64,000 nucleotides of DNA from Eledone cirrhosa (lineage: Eukaryota), in assembly GCA_964016885.1 (NCBI GenBank), contig OZ024749.1, positions 13,702,001 through 13,766,000 on the forward strand. Reading direction: 5' to 3'. Made by a program: the position numbers and the translations under genes. Shown piece after piece: positions 1 through 10,306 of the stretch. The notes beneath the pieces are model-generated. The model ran no database searches and was not told where the DNA came from. It saw nothing but the letters and a program-made list of their open reading frames with translations. The first letter of the stretch is position 1. Every line of letters starts with the position of its first letter.

Positions 1-1313
1 TTTTCGCAACACTTCGCCTCAGTGGCCGAGAGCCGCGGCAGTCCGTCGAGGTAGACACTAAAGTCCATCCCTCTACCCGGCCCCCCGCTGCCCCCGAACA
101 GCTGAGCGAAGTGTCGCTGAAAAGCTTCACACATTTGCCCGGGATCGAGTAGCATGCGCCCGTCGTGGTCCACCAAAGACCGGATCGTGGCTTTGTTGCC
201 ACGACGCGCCTCCGCCACTCGGGCCCATTGAACGGCTTTCGTCCCCTCGTGTCTGAGAGCACGCACCCTAGCTCTGACAACGCAGCCTTCGTGCTTTGCA
301 TTGAAGAATTGGTCAAGGGCCAATTTCGCCGCAAGCACGTCGGTCGCAATGCCTTTGCTAAGCGCCTCGTCTAATTTTCTAACTAGTTCTCCCTCTGCTC
401 TATTTTTCTCTATTGCTAAAGCCTTACTAAACCTAATCGATTCTATTCTAATCGCTCTTTTCAGAGCAAACCACCACTTGTTGTTGACGATGGCCCCCGT
501 CAACGCCCGCTTAACTAGTTCGCTAATCCGGTCTCTGTAGGCCTTGCGCGCTGGTAAGGACGCGTTTAGCTTCCAGTAGCCGGGTCCTCGTCTATGAAGC
601 CTATCTAAGTCAAGCACACAGGTCACGAATTTGTGGTCCGTGTAGCTGACTATCTTGAATTGTGGACAGCCTATGCTAGACCTATCTATTTCTCTACAAA
701 ATACTCTATCTAGATATGATCTGGATGACCCTATGCGGTTTGTCCAAGTCCACATTGGCACATTCGGGAAATCCAATCGGTACCTGTCAGACAGTTCAAA
801 ACGCCTGAGCAGGTTGGTGAGGCTCTTGCACCCTCCACCCCTATCCGCTAATCCCACACAGTCCCAGCGTGCATCTAAGATCCCGTTCCAGTCGCCCACT
901 AACACTAAAGAGCGGGACGTTCCAAGAAAGGTCTCCAGACGCCGGAAGAAATCAGGCCGCCCTGCTCCTGTCGGGGCATAGACGGCCACTAGCCTGAAAG
1001 CTTGCCCGTCTCCGCTGGTCACGTCCAGCACCACCAGCTTACCCTCTGGGTCCAGGAAGATGGCCCGTATGGCGAGATCCAAACCTCTCCGAAAAAGCAC
1101 AGCAACTCCTCCACCCGATCCAGGACGGCTGGGAGATGCGTACACATCGTAGCCGCCGAAGATCGGTGCGAAGGCCCGTGCTTCGGAGATTCTGGTCTCG
1201 CTGATGGCCACTACATCTATGTTTAGTGACCTGAGGTCGTTGAGCAGGTGACCCTGCTTCCATGACGACCCCAAGCCACGCGCATTTATGCTGCCTATTC
1301 TGAGTGAGGTCAT
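1..1313 (-). CDS. Tx1 ORF2 N-terminal part (APE endonuclease), runs off window
   Basis: ATG at 1313; same sequence as the start of the 1139-aa ORF at 4510-7929. Confidence 0.9.
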   Translation of the reverse strand, partial: MTSLRIGSINARGLGSSWKQGHLLNDLRSLNIDVVAISETRISEARAFAPIFGGYDVYASPSRPGSGGGVAVLFRRGLDLAIRAIFLDPEGKLVVLDVTSGDGQAFRLVAVYAPTGAGRPDFFRRLETFLGTSRSLVLVGDWNGILDARWDCVGLADRGGGCKSLTNLLRRFELSDRYRLDFPNVPMWTWTNRIGSSRSYLDRVFCREIDRSSIGCPQFKIVSYTDHKFVTCVLDLDRLHRRGPGYWKLNASLPARKAYRDRISELVKRALTGAIVNNKWWFALKRAIRIESIRFSKALAIEKNRAEGELVRKLDEALSKGIATDVLAAKLALDQFFNAKHEGCVVRARVRALRHEGTKAVQWARVAEARRGNKATIRSLVDHDGRMLLDPGQMCEAFQRHFAQLFGGSGGPGRGMDFSVYLDGLPRLSATEAKCCE

Positions 1314-1348
1314 GTTTAAAATAGAGTGGAAAAGATGGGAAAGACCAC

Positions 1349-3439
1349 TTACCGTACTTTTGGTAGAGGAGGGATGGTTTTTACATCCCTTTTCACTTGA
1401 TCGTCTGGTGAAGGGACCGTTGAATCGTCCCTTCGGCTGGTCGTCGGCTCTTCTAAGAGAATGTCTGAATATACTCTTCGATTAATGGTTCCTCCTAGGT
1501 CCCTGAAATCACCAACTGCGTTGGGGAATTTCGTTTTAATGTTTGTGTATTGTTTCTGTGCTATTTTTAGCAGTCTTATGTTAGTTGGCGTTTTGATTGG
1601 TGCTGGTATTATGTAGTCCTGTTGTGAAATGTCTGTGTGTTCAATTATGTAAGTCATTAGTTTCTTATTGTGTGTGTTTATTGCCGTGCATTTGTTTTTC
1701 TGGGGGTGGGGTGTGGTTCTGCTATTTTCTTGTCGTTGTTGCTGGGTGTGTGTGTTTTGTTGTTGTGTTTGCGATGTTGGTGCTTGTGGTGTTGAAGGTG
1801 TTGTTGGCGGTGGGGTTGTCGCCGGTGGTGATGGTGGTGCTGGTGTGGGTGGTGATGGTGTTGGTGGTGTTGCTGCTGTGGGTCTCTTTGCAGTAGACTT
1901 TACCCTTTTCTCATTTCTTTCCTCCCTTTTCAAAGGCGACGATGCGCTGCTTCTGCGTTTGTGCCTTCTTGAGACCTTTTGCCATCCCTCTCCCACCTCA
2001 CACTCCATGTCTGATTCTGTAAGGTCGGGGAGGGGTACCAGCTCCACTCTTTCACTTGTTGTTGTTGGTGATGTTTGCACTGGAGTCTCTGTTGCAGCTG
2101 CATTTGGTATTGCTGTTGTTGTTGTTAATATTTCCACTGCTGCTGCTGTCTTTGATTTCCGTGGAGTGGGTATGGGTGCCACGGACCTATCGTTCCTGGT
2201 TGCCGCTTGTCCTGTTGCTGGTAGCCGTGGAACCGGATTCGGGAGGAGGGGGGTTTTCTCCTTTCTCATGGTCTTCTCGTTGCAGAAGGCCCTGAGGTGA
2301 GTCTTCGATCCACAGCGAAAGCATTTCGGGCGTTTGCCCTCAACACTTATGGGCAGTTGAGTGCCGTTATCGAAGTCTATCACATCCGGGATAGCTTCGA
2401 TGCACTCCTGGTTGGTTTGGATTAGCATCTCAATGGAGGAGCCGACCCAATCTTCTCTTACTTTTTTCTGTACTTGCAGTACAGTTGTTTTGTCCTCGAT
2501 TCCGACGAGGACAGACGCGGCCAGCCAAGAAGGGGTCATTCCGGGGGGGACGTGGGTCAGTTTGACCCTCACAATTTTTTGCCCGCAGTAGGAGGGCACC
2601 AACACCATTTCCTCGCTCCTTAGGGTCACTACTGATTGGGCCTTTGCCTCCTGGGGTGTGGCAAAAAGTACGTCTACGGTGGCGTATTTTTTGCCTCGGG
2701 TGATGTGCGTTTTCCTCTGCCACACAGACCCCAAGGCTTTTTGTATTTGGGCCTCTGTGGCTCTTTCCACCCTACGGGATTTTGTACTTACTGTACGGTA
2801 CGTGACCGTACAGTGCTCTTGGGTTTCGAAAAAATTTTTCGCTGCCTTGCAGATTGCTCGGTGTCCGTTCTTTGTCACCATCTTCTTCGCTTCCTCTAAT
2901 TCCTCATTTGTTATGAGGATTGTTTCCAGGTTTTTCGCAATACCTGCAAATGAGATTGGTTTTTCTCTGCTGTTGTTGTTGTCGTCAGAGCTGCTGGTAC
3001 TTTTGTTGTTGCTGCAGGTACTACGACTACTGCCTCCGCCGCTGTTGCTGTGGTTGTTGTTGGTGTTGCTGCTGCTAATGCTGTTGTTGTTTATGCTGCT
3101 GGTGATGCTGTTGCGGCTGCTACTGTTGTTTTCATTGTCACTGTTGCTGTTGTTATTACGGCTGCTACTGCTATTATTCCTGACGTCAGACGAATGAACT
3201 GGGTTTTCGTATTTCCCGCACACCTGTTTCGTCGCTGTCGTCGTCGTCGTGGAGAAACCTTGCACGCTTTGCACGAGACTTTTCTTTTCTTTCGTCACTT
3301 GCGAAAGAGAAGGGAGGGAGAGAGACACATTTAAAGAAGGGAGGGAGAGAGACAATCTTCTCTCTGCTGTAGTGATGATTGAGGAAGAAGAAGACGGAAT
3401 GAGTGGGAGTGACGTATGAAATTTCTTTTTGGTAGCCAT
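1349..3439 (-). CDS. Tx1 ORF1, gag-like nucleic-acid-binding protein
   Basis: First true ATG at 3439 (MATKKK); zinc knuckle CFRCGSKTHLRAFC (C-X2-C-X4-H-X4-C); N/S- and P/T-rich linkers; stop 35 nt upstream of the ORF2 ATG. Confidence 0.85.
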   Translation of the reverse strand: MATKKKFHTSLPLIPSSSSSIITTAERRLSLSLPSLNVSLSLPSLSQVTKEKKSLVQSVQGFSTTTTTATKQVCGKYENPVHSSDVRNNSSSSRNNNSNSDNENNSSSRNSITSSINNNSISSSNTNNNHSNSGGGSSRSTCSNNKSTSSSDDNNNSREKPISFAGIAKNLETILITNEELEEAKKMVTKNGHRAICKAAKNFFETQEHCTVTYRTVSTKSRRVERATEAQIQKALGSVWQRKTHITRGKKYATVDVLFATPQEAKAQSVVTLRSEEMVLVPSYCGQKIVRVKLTHVPPGMTPSWLAASVLVGIEDKTTVLQVQKKVREDWVGSSIEMLIQTNQECIEAIPDVIDFDNGTQLPISVEGKRPKCFRCGSKTHLRAFCNEKTMRKEKTPLLPNPVPRLPATGQAATRNDRSVAPIPTPRKSKTAAAVEILTTTTAIPNAAATETPVQTSPTTTSERVELVPLPDLTESDMECEVGEGWQKVSRRHKRRSSASSPLKREERNEKRVKSTAKRPTAATPPTPSPPTPAPPSPPATTPPPTTPSTPQAPTSQTQQQNTHTQQQRQENSRTTPHPQKNKCTAINTHNKKLMTYIIEHTDISQQDYIIPAPIKTPTNIRLLKIAQKQYTNIKTKFPNAVGDFRDLGGTINRRVYSDILLEEPTTSRRDDSTVPSPDDQVKRDVKTIPPLPKVR

Positions 3440-3652
3440 GTTTTTTTGTTTAAAATGAAATTTTGGGTACAAAACCCCAATAACTGGTTATTTAACCCCG
3501 AAGGGCCAAATAACGGACAGAAAGACCCCTCTCACGAGGAGGAGGGTGTCTTTATCAACAATTTGGTTCAAGTTTTAAACAATTTACAATTGTTTTAACG
3601 GTTAAAAATTACTATACCTTACAGAGCCGAGCCTCCGTCAACCATGGCATTC

Positions 3653-3682
<30 letters not shown>
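3653..3682 (+). repeat. (AAT)10 microsatellite, insertion target
   Basis: Seen between Tx1 5' end and Dong fragment. Confidence 0.95.
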
Positions 3683-3683
<1 letters not shown>

Positions 3684-4186
3684 TACCACATACTGAGAAG
3701 TGGTATGAGCATAAGCCAGAGGCGGTGATAGAAAACGATCAGGTGAAGGTGCTGTGGGATTTTAGGATACAGACGGACAAGAAACTGGAACACAATAGAC
3801 CTGACCTGGTGATTGTGGACAAAGAAAAAAGATTGTGCCTGATTGTGGATGTGGCCTGCCCATTCGACACGAGAGTGCAAGAGAAGGAGAGGGAGAAAAT
3901 TAACCGATACCAGGACTTAAAGTGGGAGGTAAAAAGGATTTGGAACTGCCATGAAGTCAAAGTGGTCCCGATTGTCATAGGCGCACTAGGGACTATCTCA
4001 AAAAGTTTCCAGGGATGGTTAAAGAAAATTGGCCCCTTCACGCTTTTTGAAACGTTCAAAAGGCATGCTTGCTGGGAACAGCAAGAACCCTCCGATACGT
4101 CCTGAATATCTGAGGCTGCAGGTAGTAGCTTGATATTCATTTCAACAAACTTTCCAGTTAACTAACATCAATGACTGAGACTCAAA

Positions 4187-4187
<1 letters not shown>
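3683..4187 (+). mobile_element. 5'-truncated R4/Dong-like element family A (RLE endonuclease domain + 3' UTR)
   Basis: RPDLVIVDKEKRLCLIVDVACP...KINRYQDL PD-(D/E)XK motif; homologous to 19060-19568; 1-nt deletion near 4055; ends in (AAT)n. Confidence 0.85.

Positions 4188-4244
<57 letters not shown>
4188..4244 (+). repeat. (AAT)19 microsatellite joining Dong 3' end and Tx1 3' end
   Basis: Seen directly. Confidence 0.95.
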
Positions 4245-4246
<2 letters not shown>

Positions 4247-4509
4247 TTTCTTTATTAACCACAAGGGTTTACATAAAGTAGACATTAAGGACAGTGCAGG
4301 ACAATGCAGGACGGTACAAATGGGCATTTCTGCGTGTAAAAAAAAAACAAAAACAGAGGATGTAATAAAAATAACAATGAAAATAACAATGAAAAATTCC
4401 CCAATAGGAGGGAGACTTCGGAGGGACATTTGTGGAGAAAGCCCAGTAAAAAGCCACAATGACCCTGACCACCAAGGCAAGTGCCCTCTCCCAGTTTTCC
4501 ACCTTTAGT

Positions 4510-7500
4510 TTACAGATATATACTCAGAGTCGGCCCATTCACTCGGGCCATTCTTGCTTCTCTCACCCATCTTTCAACAAAATGCTGGGAAGAGAGCACT
4601 TCCTTCTCTACTCTGATTTTCCTTTTCAAATGAAATTTGAAAAAGTCAATCAGAGCATCACCGAAGAGGTAAGTGCTCGTCTTCAGCCCTTTCAAACGTG
4701 TCCACCATACTATCTCTTTCGCCATGGCCACCAGACAGATAAAAACTGCCTGCCCTTCCCGGCTAAAGGAGGAGGGCGGGGCTATCCTCACGATAGACTC
4801 AGATGATAGCTGGATCCGTCCTAAACGCGACAGCAGGTGTTCGACATAAACCCACAAGTCAGCAATTTTCGGACACTGGACGAGTGCGTGCAGGACGGTT
4901 TCGTCGCCCTGCGCGCATCTCGGACATGCCCGGCTGACGGCACCTCCATGCCTGTAGAGTTTATCCCGAACTGGCAAGGCTCCTCGGTAGCACTGCCAGG
5001 CCAGAGATTTCTGGAAGTTGTCCATAGGCCCTGGCCCGAAAGTTCTTCCGAAGAGATTGGCTAGTTGATTTTCGTCGACGCCTAGAGTTTCCCCAAGTAC
5101 GTCGTCGCTCTTCCCCTCCACTAATCCTCTATAGAACGCCGAGGTGGAGTTTCCACCGATCACATTGCCCGATTGGTCGAGGGCTGTGAGCGCTTGAAGA
5201 CATTCCAGTCTCCAGGCGCTCCCTCTCGGTCTTCGCTTGACCCAGGACTGCAGCTCCGTCAAGGAAACGAGCTGGGGAAAAACGCGTCTAGCAAACGGCG
5301 ACCACACCTGATCACCGTCGAGGAAGAGGTGGAGATGTCGTAGCCTGAGCGCGTGCCTGCGCATCATCAGCCACGGCATGCCCAGCCCTCCACGTAGCGG
5401 GTGTTGACAACAGATGGACCGCCTGACCATCGGAGCACGTCCCTTCCACAAAAAGCGAAAGAGCAAACGCTCCAGCGCAGTCAGGCGAGGCTTAGGACAA
5501 GGTACGACGGTTAGGCGGTAGCAGATGACAGACGCGATGTACGCGTTAGCCACCTCCGCTCGACCTTTCAGGGATAGCTTCCTCTCCGCCCATTTCTGGG
5601 TGAGAGAAGCCACCCTGCTCGTCACCTCGTCCCAGTTTTTGTCCGTCTGGAGGTCCGGACCGAACCAGACCCCTAGCAATTTAACCGGTCCGTCCGTCCA
5701 GCGCCCGACGACGCTGTTGGACGGCATGGACCTGCCTCTCCAGGTGCCGAGCTGCAGGCCCACTGACTTTTCCTGGTTGATCATTGCTCCTGTCACCGCT
5801 TCGTATTCTCTTAGTGTAGTGCCGATCGCCTCGATGTGTTTGGCGTTCGACACCACTACGGTGACATCGTCCGCATATGCTGACACGGATCTTCCGCATC
5901 CTAGTTCGCGCGGGACTCCCCTCAACGTCTCCAGTTTGTGCAGTAATGGCTCGAGAGTCAATACGTACAAGAGGGACGAGAGGGGACATCCTTGGCGGAC
6001 CGAGCGCATGATGTTGAACGGTTCCGACAGGTGACCGTTCACTCTCACCACAGAGCAGATGTCGCTGTGCATGGCAGCGATCCAGCCTCTGAAGACGGGC
6101 CCAAAGCCAGCCGCCCTCAGGACTGCCGCTAGGTAACGATGGTCGACCCTATCGAAAGCTTTCGACTGATCTAAATTGATCAAGGACCCACCCGTGCCAG
6201 GTTCCCTAGCTACCCTCTCTACGATGTATCGCATGAGGTGGAGGTTGTCGTGGATGGATCTGTCGGGAATGGCGCATGTCTGCGCCTCTCCCACCAGACC
6301 ACCAACGACAAGCGCCAACCTCTTTGCTAGCACCTTGGCCAAAATCTTAAACTCTGTGTTTAGCAGAGTTATGGGCCGGAAATTGTCTATGTTATCCCCC
6401 TTGTTCGGATCCTTTCTCAGCAGTGCCACCGCTCCTCGGCTCACAGAACTGGGAATTCTCCCGTTCTGTTGCCAGTTGCAGTAGACGTCCGCCAAGAGGC
6501 CTCCGAACAAGTCTGGCATCTGTACGTAAAGTTCATAGGGCAGACCATCCAAACCAGGCGATTTACCCCTTGTGCAGCCAGTCATTGCCTCCCGTACTTC
6601 AGCGGCTGTTATCGGCTTTTCGCAACACCTCGCCTCAGTGGCCGAGAGCCGCGGCAGCCCGTCGAGGTAGACACTAAAGTCCATCCCTCTACCCGGCCCC
6701 CCGCTGCCCCCGAACAGCTGAGCGAAGTGTCGCTGAAAAGCTTCACACATTTGCCCGGGATCGAGTAGCATGCGCCCGTCGTGGTCCACCAAAGACCGGA
6801 TCGTGGCTTTGTTGCCACGACGCGCCTCCGCCACTCGGGCCCATTGAACGGCTTTCGTCCCCTCGTGTCTGAGAGCACGCACCCTAGCTCTGACAACGCA
6901 GCCTTCGTGCTTTGCATTGAAGAATTGGTCAAGGGCCAATTTCGCCGCAAGCACGTCGGTCGCAATGCCTTTGCTAAGCGCCTCGTCTAATTTTCTAACT
7001 AGTTCTCCCTCTGCTCTATTTTTCTCTATTGCTAAAGCCTTACTAAACCTAATCGATTCTATTCTAATCGCTCTTTTCAGAGCAAACCACCACTTGTTGT
7101 TGACGATGGCCCCCGTCAACGCCCGCTTAACTAGTTCGCTAATCCGGTCTCTGTAGGCCTTGCGCGCTGGTAAGGACGCGTTTAGCTTCCAGTAGCCGGG
7201 TCCTCGTCTATGAAGCCTATCTAAGTCAAGCACACAGGTCACGAATTTGTGGTCCGTGTAGCTGACTATCTTGAATTGTGGACAGCCTATGCTAGACCTA
7301 TCTATTTCCCTACAAAATACTCTATCTAGATATGATCTGGATGACCCTATGCGGTTTGTCCAAGTCCACATTGGCACATTCGGGAAATCCAATCGGTACC
7401 TGTCAGACAGTTCAAAACGCCTGAGCAGGTTGGTGAGGCTCTTGCACCCTCCACCCCTATCCGCTAATCCCACACAGTCCCAGCGTGCATCTAAGATCCC

Positions 7501-7929
7501 GTTCCAGTCGCCCACTAACACTAAAGAGCGGGACGTTCCAAGAAAGGTCTCCAGACGCCGGAAGAAATCAGGCCGCCCTGCTCCTGTCGGGGCATAGACG
7601 GCCACTAGCCTGAAAGATTGCCCGTCTCCGCTGGTCACGTCCAGCACCACCAGCTTACCCTCTGGGTCCAGGAAGATGGCCCGTATGGCGAGATCCAAAC
7701 CTCTCCGAAAAAGTACAGCAACTCCTCCACCGGATCCAGGACGGCTGGGAGATGCGTACACATCGTAGCCGCCGAAGATCGGTGCGAAGGCCCGTGCTTC
7801 GGAGATTCTGGTCTCGCTGATGGCCACTACATCTATGTTTAGTGACCTGAGGTCGTTGAGCAGGTGACCCTGCTTCCATGACGACCCCAAGCCACGCGCA
7901 TTTATGCTGCCTATTCTGAGTGAGGTCAT
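4510..7929 (-). CDS. Tx1 ORF2: APE endonuclease - reverse transcriptase - zinc finger, 1139 aa
   Basis: APE motifs INARGL, ISET, VYAP, GDWN, YLDR, TDH; RT motifs PGLDG, FRPITLLN, LDQSKAFDRVDH, RQGCPLS, YADD; C-terminal CPRC-X8-H-X4-C. Confidence 0.95.
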   Translation of the reverse strand: MTSLRIGSINARGLGSSWKQGHLLNDLRSLNIDVVAISETRISEARAFAPIFGGYDVYASPSRPGSGGGVAVLFRRGLDLAIRAIFLDPEGKLVVLDVTSGDGQSFRLVAVYAPTGAGRPDFFRRLETFLGTSRSLVLVGDWNGILDARWDCVGLADRGGGCKSLTNLLRRFELSDRYRLDFPNVPMWTWTNRIGSSRSYLDRVFCREIDRSSIGCPQFKIVSYTDHKFVTCVLDLDRLHRRGPGYWKLNASLPARKAYRDRISELVKRALTGAIVNNKWWFALKRAIRIESIRFSKALAIEKNRAEGELVRKLDEALSKGIATDVLAAKLALDQFFNAKHEGCVVRARVRALRHEGTKAVQWARVAEARRGNKATIRSLVDHDGRMLLDPGQMCEAFQRHFAQLFGGSGGPGRGMDFSVYLDGLPRLSATEARCCEKPITAAEVREAMTGCTRGKSPGLDGLPYELYVQMPDLFGGLLADVYCNWQQNGRIPSSVSRGAVALLRKDPNKGDNIDNFRPITLLNTEFKILAKVLAKRLALVVGGLVGEAQTCAIPDRSIHDNLHLMRYIVERVAREPGTGGSLINLDQSKAFDRVDHRYLAAVLRAAGFGPVFRGWIAAMHSDICSVVRVNGHLSEPFNIMRSVRQGCPLSSLLYVLTLEPLLHKLETLRGVPRELGCGRSVSAYADDVTVVVSNAKHIEAIGTTLREYEAVTGAMINQEKSVGLQLGTWRGRSMPSNSVVGRWTDGPVKLLGVWFGPDLQTDKNWDEVTSRVASLTQKWAERKLSLKGRAEVANAYIASVICYRLTVVPCPKPRLTALERLLFRFLWKGRAPMVRRSICCQHPLRGGLGMPWLMMRRHALRLRHLHLFLDGDQVWSPFARRVFPQLVSLTELQSWVKRRPRGSAWRLECLQALTALDQSGNVIGGNSTSAFYRGLVEGKSDDVLGETLGVDENQLANLFGRTFGPGPMDNFQKSLAWQCYRGALPVRDKLYRHGGAVSRACPRCAQGDETVLHALVQCPKIADLWVYVEHLLSRLGRIQLSSESIVRIAPPSSFSREGQAVFICLVAMAKEIVWWTRLKGLKTSTYLFGDALIDFFKFHLKRKIRVEKEVLSSQHFVERWVREARMARVNGPTLSIYL

Positions 7930-8151
7930 GTTTAAAATAGAGTGGAAAAGATGGGAAAGACCACTTACCGTATTTTTGGTAGAGGAGGGATGGTTTTTAC
8001 ATCCCTTTTCACTTGATCGTCTGGTGAAGGGACCGTTGAATCGTCCCTTCGGCTGGTCGTCGGCTCTTCTAAGAGAATGTCTGAATATACTCTTCGATTA
8101 ATGGTTCCTCCTAGGTCCCTGAAATCACCAACTGCGTTGGGGAATTTCGTT

Positions 8152-10062
8152 TTAATGTTTGTGTATTGTTTCTGTGCTATTTTTTTTTTTTAGCAGTCTT
8201 ATGTTAGTTGGCGTTTTGATTGGTGCTGGTATTATGTAGTCCTGTTGTGAAATGTCTGTGTGTTCAATTATGTAAGTCATTAGTTTCTTGTTGTGTGTGT
8301 TTATTGCCGTGCATTTGTTTTTCTGGGGGTGGGGTGTGGTTCTGCTATTTTCTTGTCGTTGTTGCTGGGTGTGTGTGTTTTGTTGTTGTGTTTGCGATGT
8401 TGGTGCTTGTGGTGTTGAAGGTGTTGTTGGCGGTGGGGTTGTCGCCGGTGGTGATGGTGGTGCTGGTGTGGGTGGTGATGGTGTTGGTGGTGTTGCTGCT
8501 GTGGGTCTCTTTGCAGTAGACTTTACCCTTTTCTCATTTCTTTCCTCCCTTTTCAAAGGCGACGATGCGCTGCTTCTGCGTTTGTGCCTTCTTGAGACCT
8601 TTTGCCATCCCTCTCCCACCTCACACTCCATGTCTGATTCTGTAAGGTCGGGGAGGGGTACCAGCTCCACTCTTTCACTTGTTGTTGTTGGTGATGTTTG
8701 CACTGGAGTCTCTGTTGCAGCTGCATTTGGTATTGCTGTTGTTGTTGTTAATATTTCCACTGCTGCTGCTGTCTTTGATTTCCGTGGAGTGGGTATGGGT
8801 GCCACGGACCTATCGTTCCTGGTTGCCGCTTGTCCTGTTGCTGGTAGCCGTGGAACCGGATTCGGGAGGAGGGGGGTTTTCTCCTTTCTCATGGTCTTCT
8901 CGTTGCAGAAGGCCCTGAGGTGAGTCTTCGATCCACAGCGAAAGCATTTCGGGCGTTTGCCCTCAACACTTATGGGCAGTTGAGTGCCGTTATCGAAGTC
9001 TATCACATCCGGGATAGCTTCGATGCACTCCTGGTTGGTTTGGATTAGCATCTCAATGGAGGAGCCGACCCAATCTTCTCTTACTTTTTTCTGTACTTGC
9101 AGTACAGTTGTTTTGTCCTCGATTCCGACGAGGACAGACGCGGCCAGCCAAGAAGGGGTCATTCCGGGGGGGACGTGGGTCAGTTTGACCCTCACAATTT
9201 TTTGCCCGCAGTAGGAGGGCACCAACACCATTTCCTCGCTCCTTAGGGTCACTACTGATTGGGCCTTTGCCTCCTGGGGTGTGGCAAAAAGTACGTCTAC
9301 GGTGGCGTATTTTTTGCCTCGGGTGATGTGCGTTTTCCTCTGCCACACAGACCCCAAGGCTTTTTGTATTTGGGCCTCTGTGGCTCTTTCCACCCTACGG
9401 GATTTTGTACTTACTGTACGGTACGTGACCGTACAGTGCTCTTGGGTTTCGAAAAAATTTTTCGCTGCCTTGCAGATTGCTCGGTGTCCGTTCTTTGTCA
9501 CCATCTTCTTCGCTTCCTCTAATTCCTCATTTGTTATGAGGATTGTTTCCAGGTTTTTCGCAATACCTGCAAATGAGATTGGTTTTTCTCTGCTGTTGTT
9601 GTTGTCGTCAGAGCTGCTGGTACTTTTGTTGTTGCTGCAGGTACTACGACTACTGCCTCCGCCGCTGTTGCTGTGGTTGTTGTTGGTGTTGCTGCTGCTA
9701 ATGCTGTTGTTGTTTATGCTGCTGGTGATGCTGTTGCGGCTGCTACTGTTGTTTTCATTGTCACTGTTGCTGTTGTTATTACGGCTGCTACTGCTATTAT
9801 TCCTGACGTCAGACGAATGAACTGGGTTTTCGTATTTCCCGCACACCTGTTTCGTCGCTGTCGTCGTCGTCGTGGAGAAACCTTGCACGCTTTGCACGAG
9901 ACTTTTCTTTTCTTTCGTCACTTGCGAAAGAGAAGGGAGGGAGAGAGACACATTTAAAGAAGGGAGGGAGAGAGACAATCTTCTCTCTGCTGTAGTGATG
10001 ATTGAGGAAGAAGAAGACGGAATGAGTGGGAGTGACGTATGAAATTTCTTTTTGGTAGCCAT
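8152..10062 (-). CDS. Tx1 ORF1 copy 2, frameshifted near C-terminus
   Basis: T5 to T12 expansion at 8180-8191 truncates the ORF; may be an assembly error. Confidence 0.75.
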   Translation of the reverse strand: MATKKKFHTSLPLIPSSSSSIITTAERRLSLSLPSLNVSLSLPSLSQVTKEKKSLVQSVQGFSTTTTTATKQVCGKYENPVHSSDVRNNSSSSRNNNSNSDNENNSSSRNSITSSINNNSISSSNTNNNHSNSGGGSSRSTCSNNKSTSSSDDNNNSREKPISFAGIAKNLETILITNEELEEAKKMVTKNGHRAICKAAKNFFETQEHCTVTYRTVSTKSRRVERATEAQIQKALGSVWQRKTHITRGKKYATVDVLFATPQEAKAQSVVTLRSEEMVLVPSYCGQKIVRVKLTHVPPGMTPSWLAASVLVGIEDKTTVLQVQKKVREDWVGSSIEMLIQTNQECIEAIPDVIDFDNGTQLPISVEGKRPKCFRCGSKTHLRAFCNEKTMRKEKTPLLPNPVPRLPATGQAATRNDRSVAPIPTPRKSKTAAAVEILTTTTAIPNAAATETPVQTSPTTTSERVELVPLPDLTESDMECEVGEGWQKVSRRHKRRSSASSPLKREERNEKRVKSTAKRPTAATPPTPSPPTPAPPSPPATTPPPTTPSTPQAPTSQTQQQNTHTQQQRQENSRTTPHPQKNKCTAINTHNKKLMTYIIEHTDISQQDYIIPAPIKTPTNIRLLKKKNSTETIHKH

Positions 10063-10275
10063 GTTTTTTTGTTTAAAATGAAATTTTGGGTACAAAACCC
10101 CAATAACTGGTTATTTAACCCCGAAGGGCCAAATAACGGACAGAAAGACCCCTCTCACGAGGAGGAGGGTGTCTTTATCAACAATTTGGTTCAAGTTTTA
10201 AACAATTTACAATTGTTTTAACGGTTAAAAATTACTATACCTTACAGAGCCGAGCCTCCGTCAACCATGGCATTC

Positions 10276-10305
<30 letters not shown>

Positions 10306-10306
<1 letters not shown>

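Larger units (their letters stand above)
1..3652 (-). mobile_element. Tx1-clade non-LTR retrotransposon, copy 1 (3' part outside window)
   Basis: Near-identical to copies 2 and 3; ORF1 plus 5' part of ORF2; 5' end abuts (AAT)n at 3653. Confidence 0.9.
4245..10275 (-). mobile_element. Full-length Tx1-clade non-LTR retrotransposon, copy 2
   Basis: 5'UTR, ORF1, ORF2, 3'UTR with AATAAA (4251-4256) just before the (ATT)n tail; (AAT)n on both sides. Confidence 0.92.

Noticed and set aside
3560-3652. snRNA, SL-RNA or tRNA target remnant at the Tx1 5' end
   Set aside because: No recognisable U2, 5S, tRNA or SL sequence; both element ends abut (AAT)n directly
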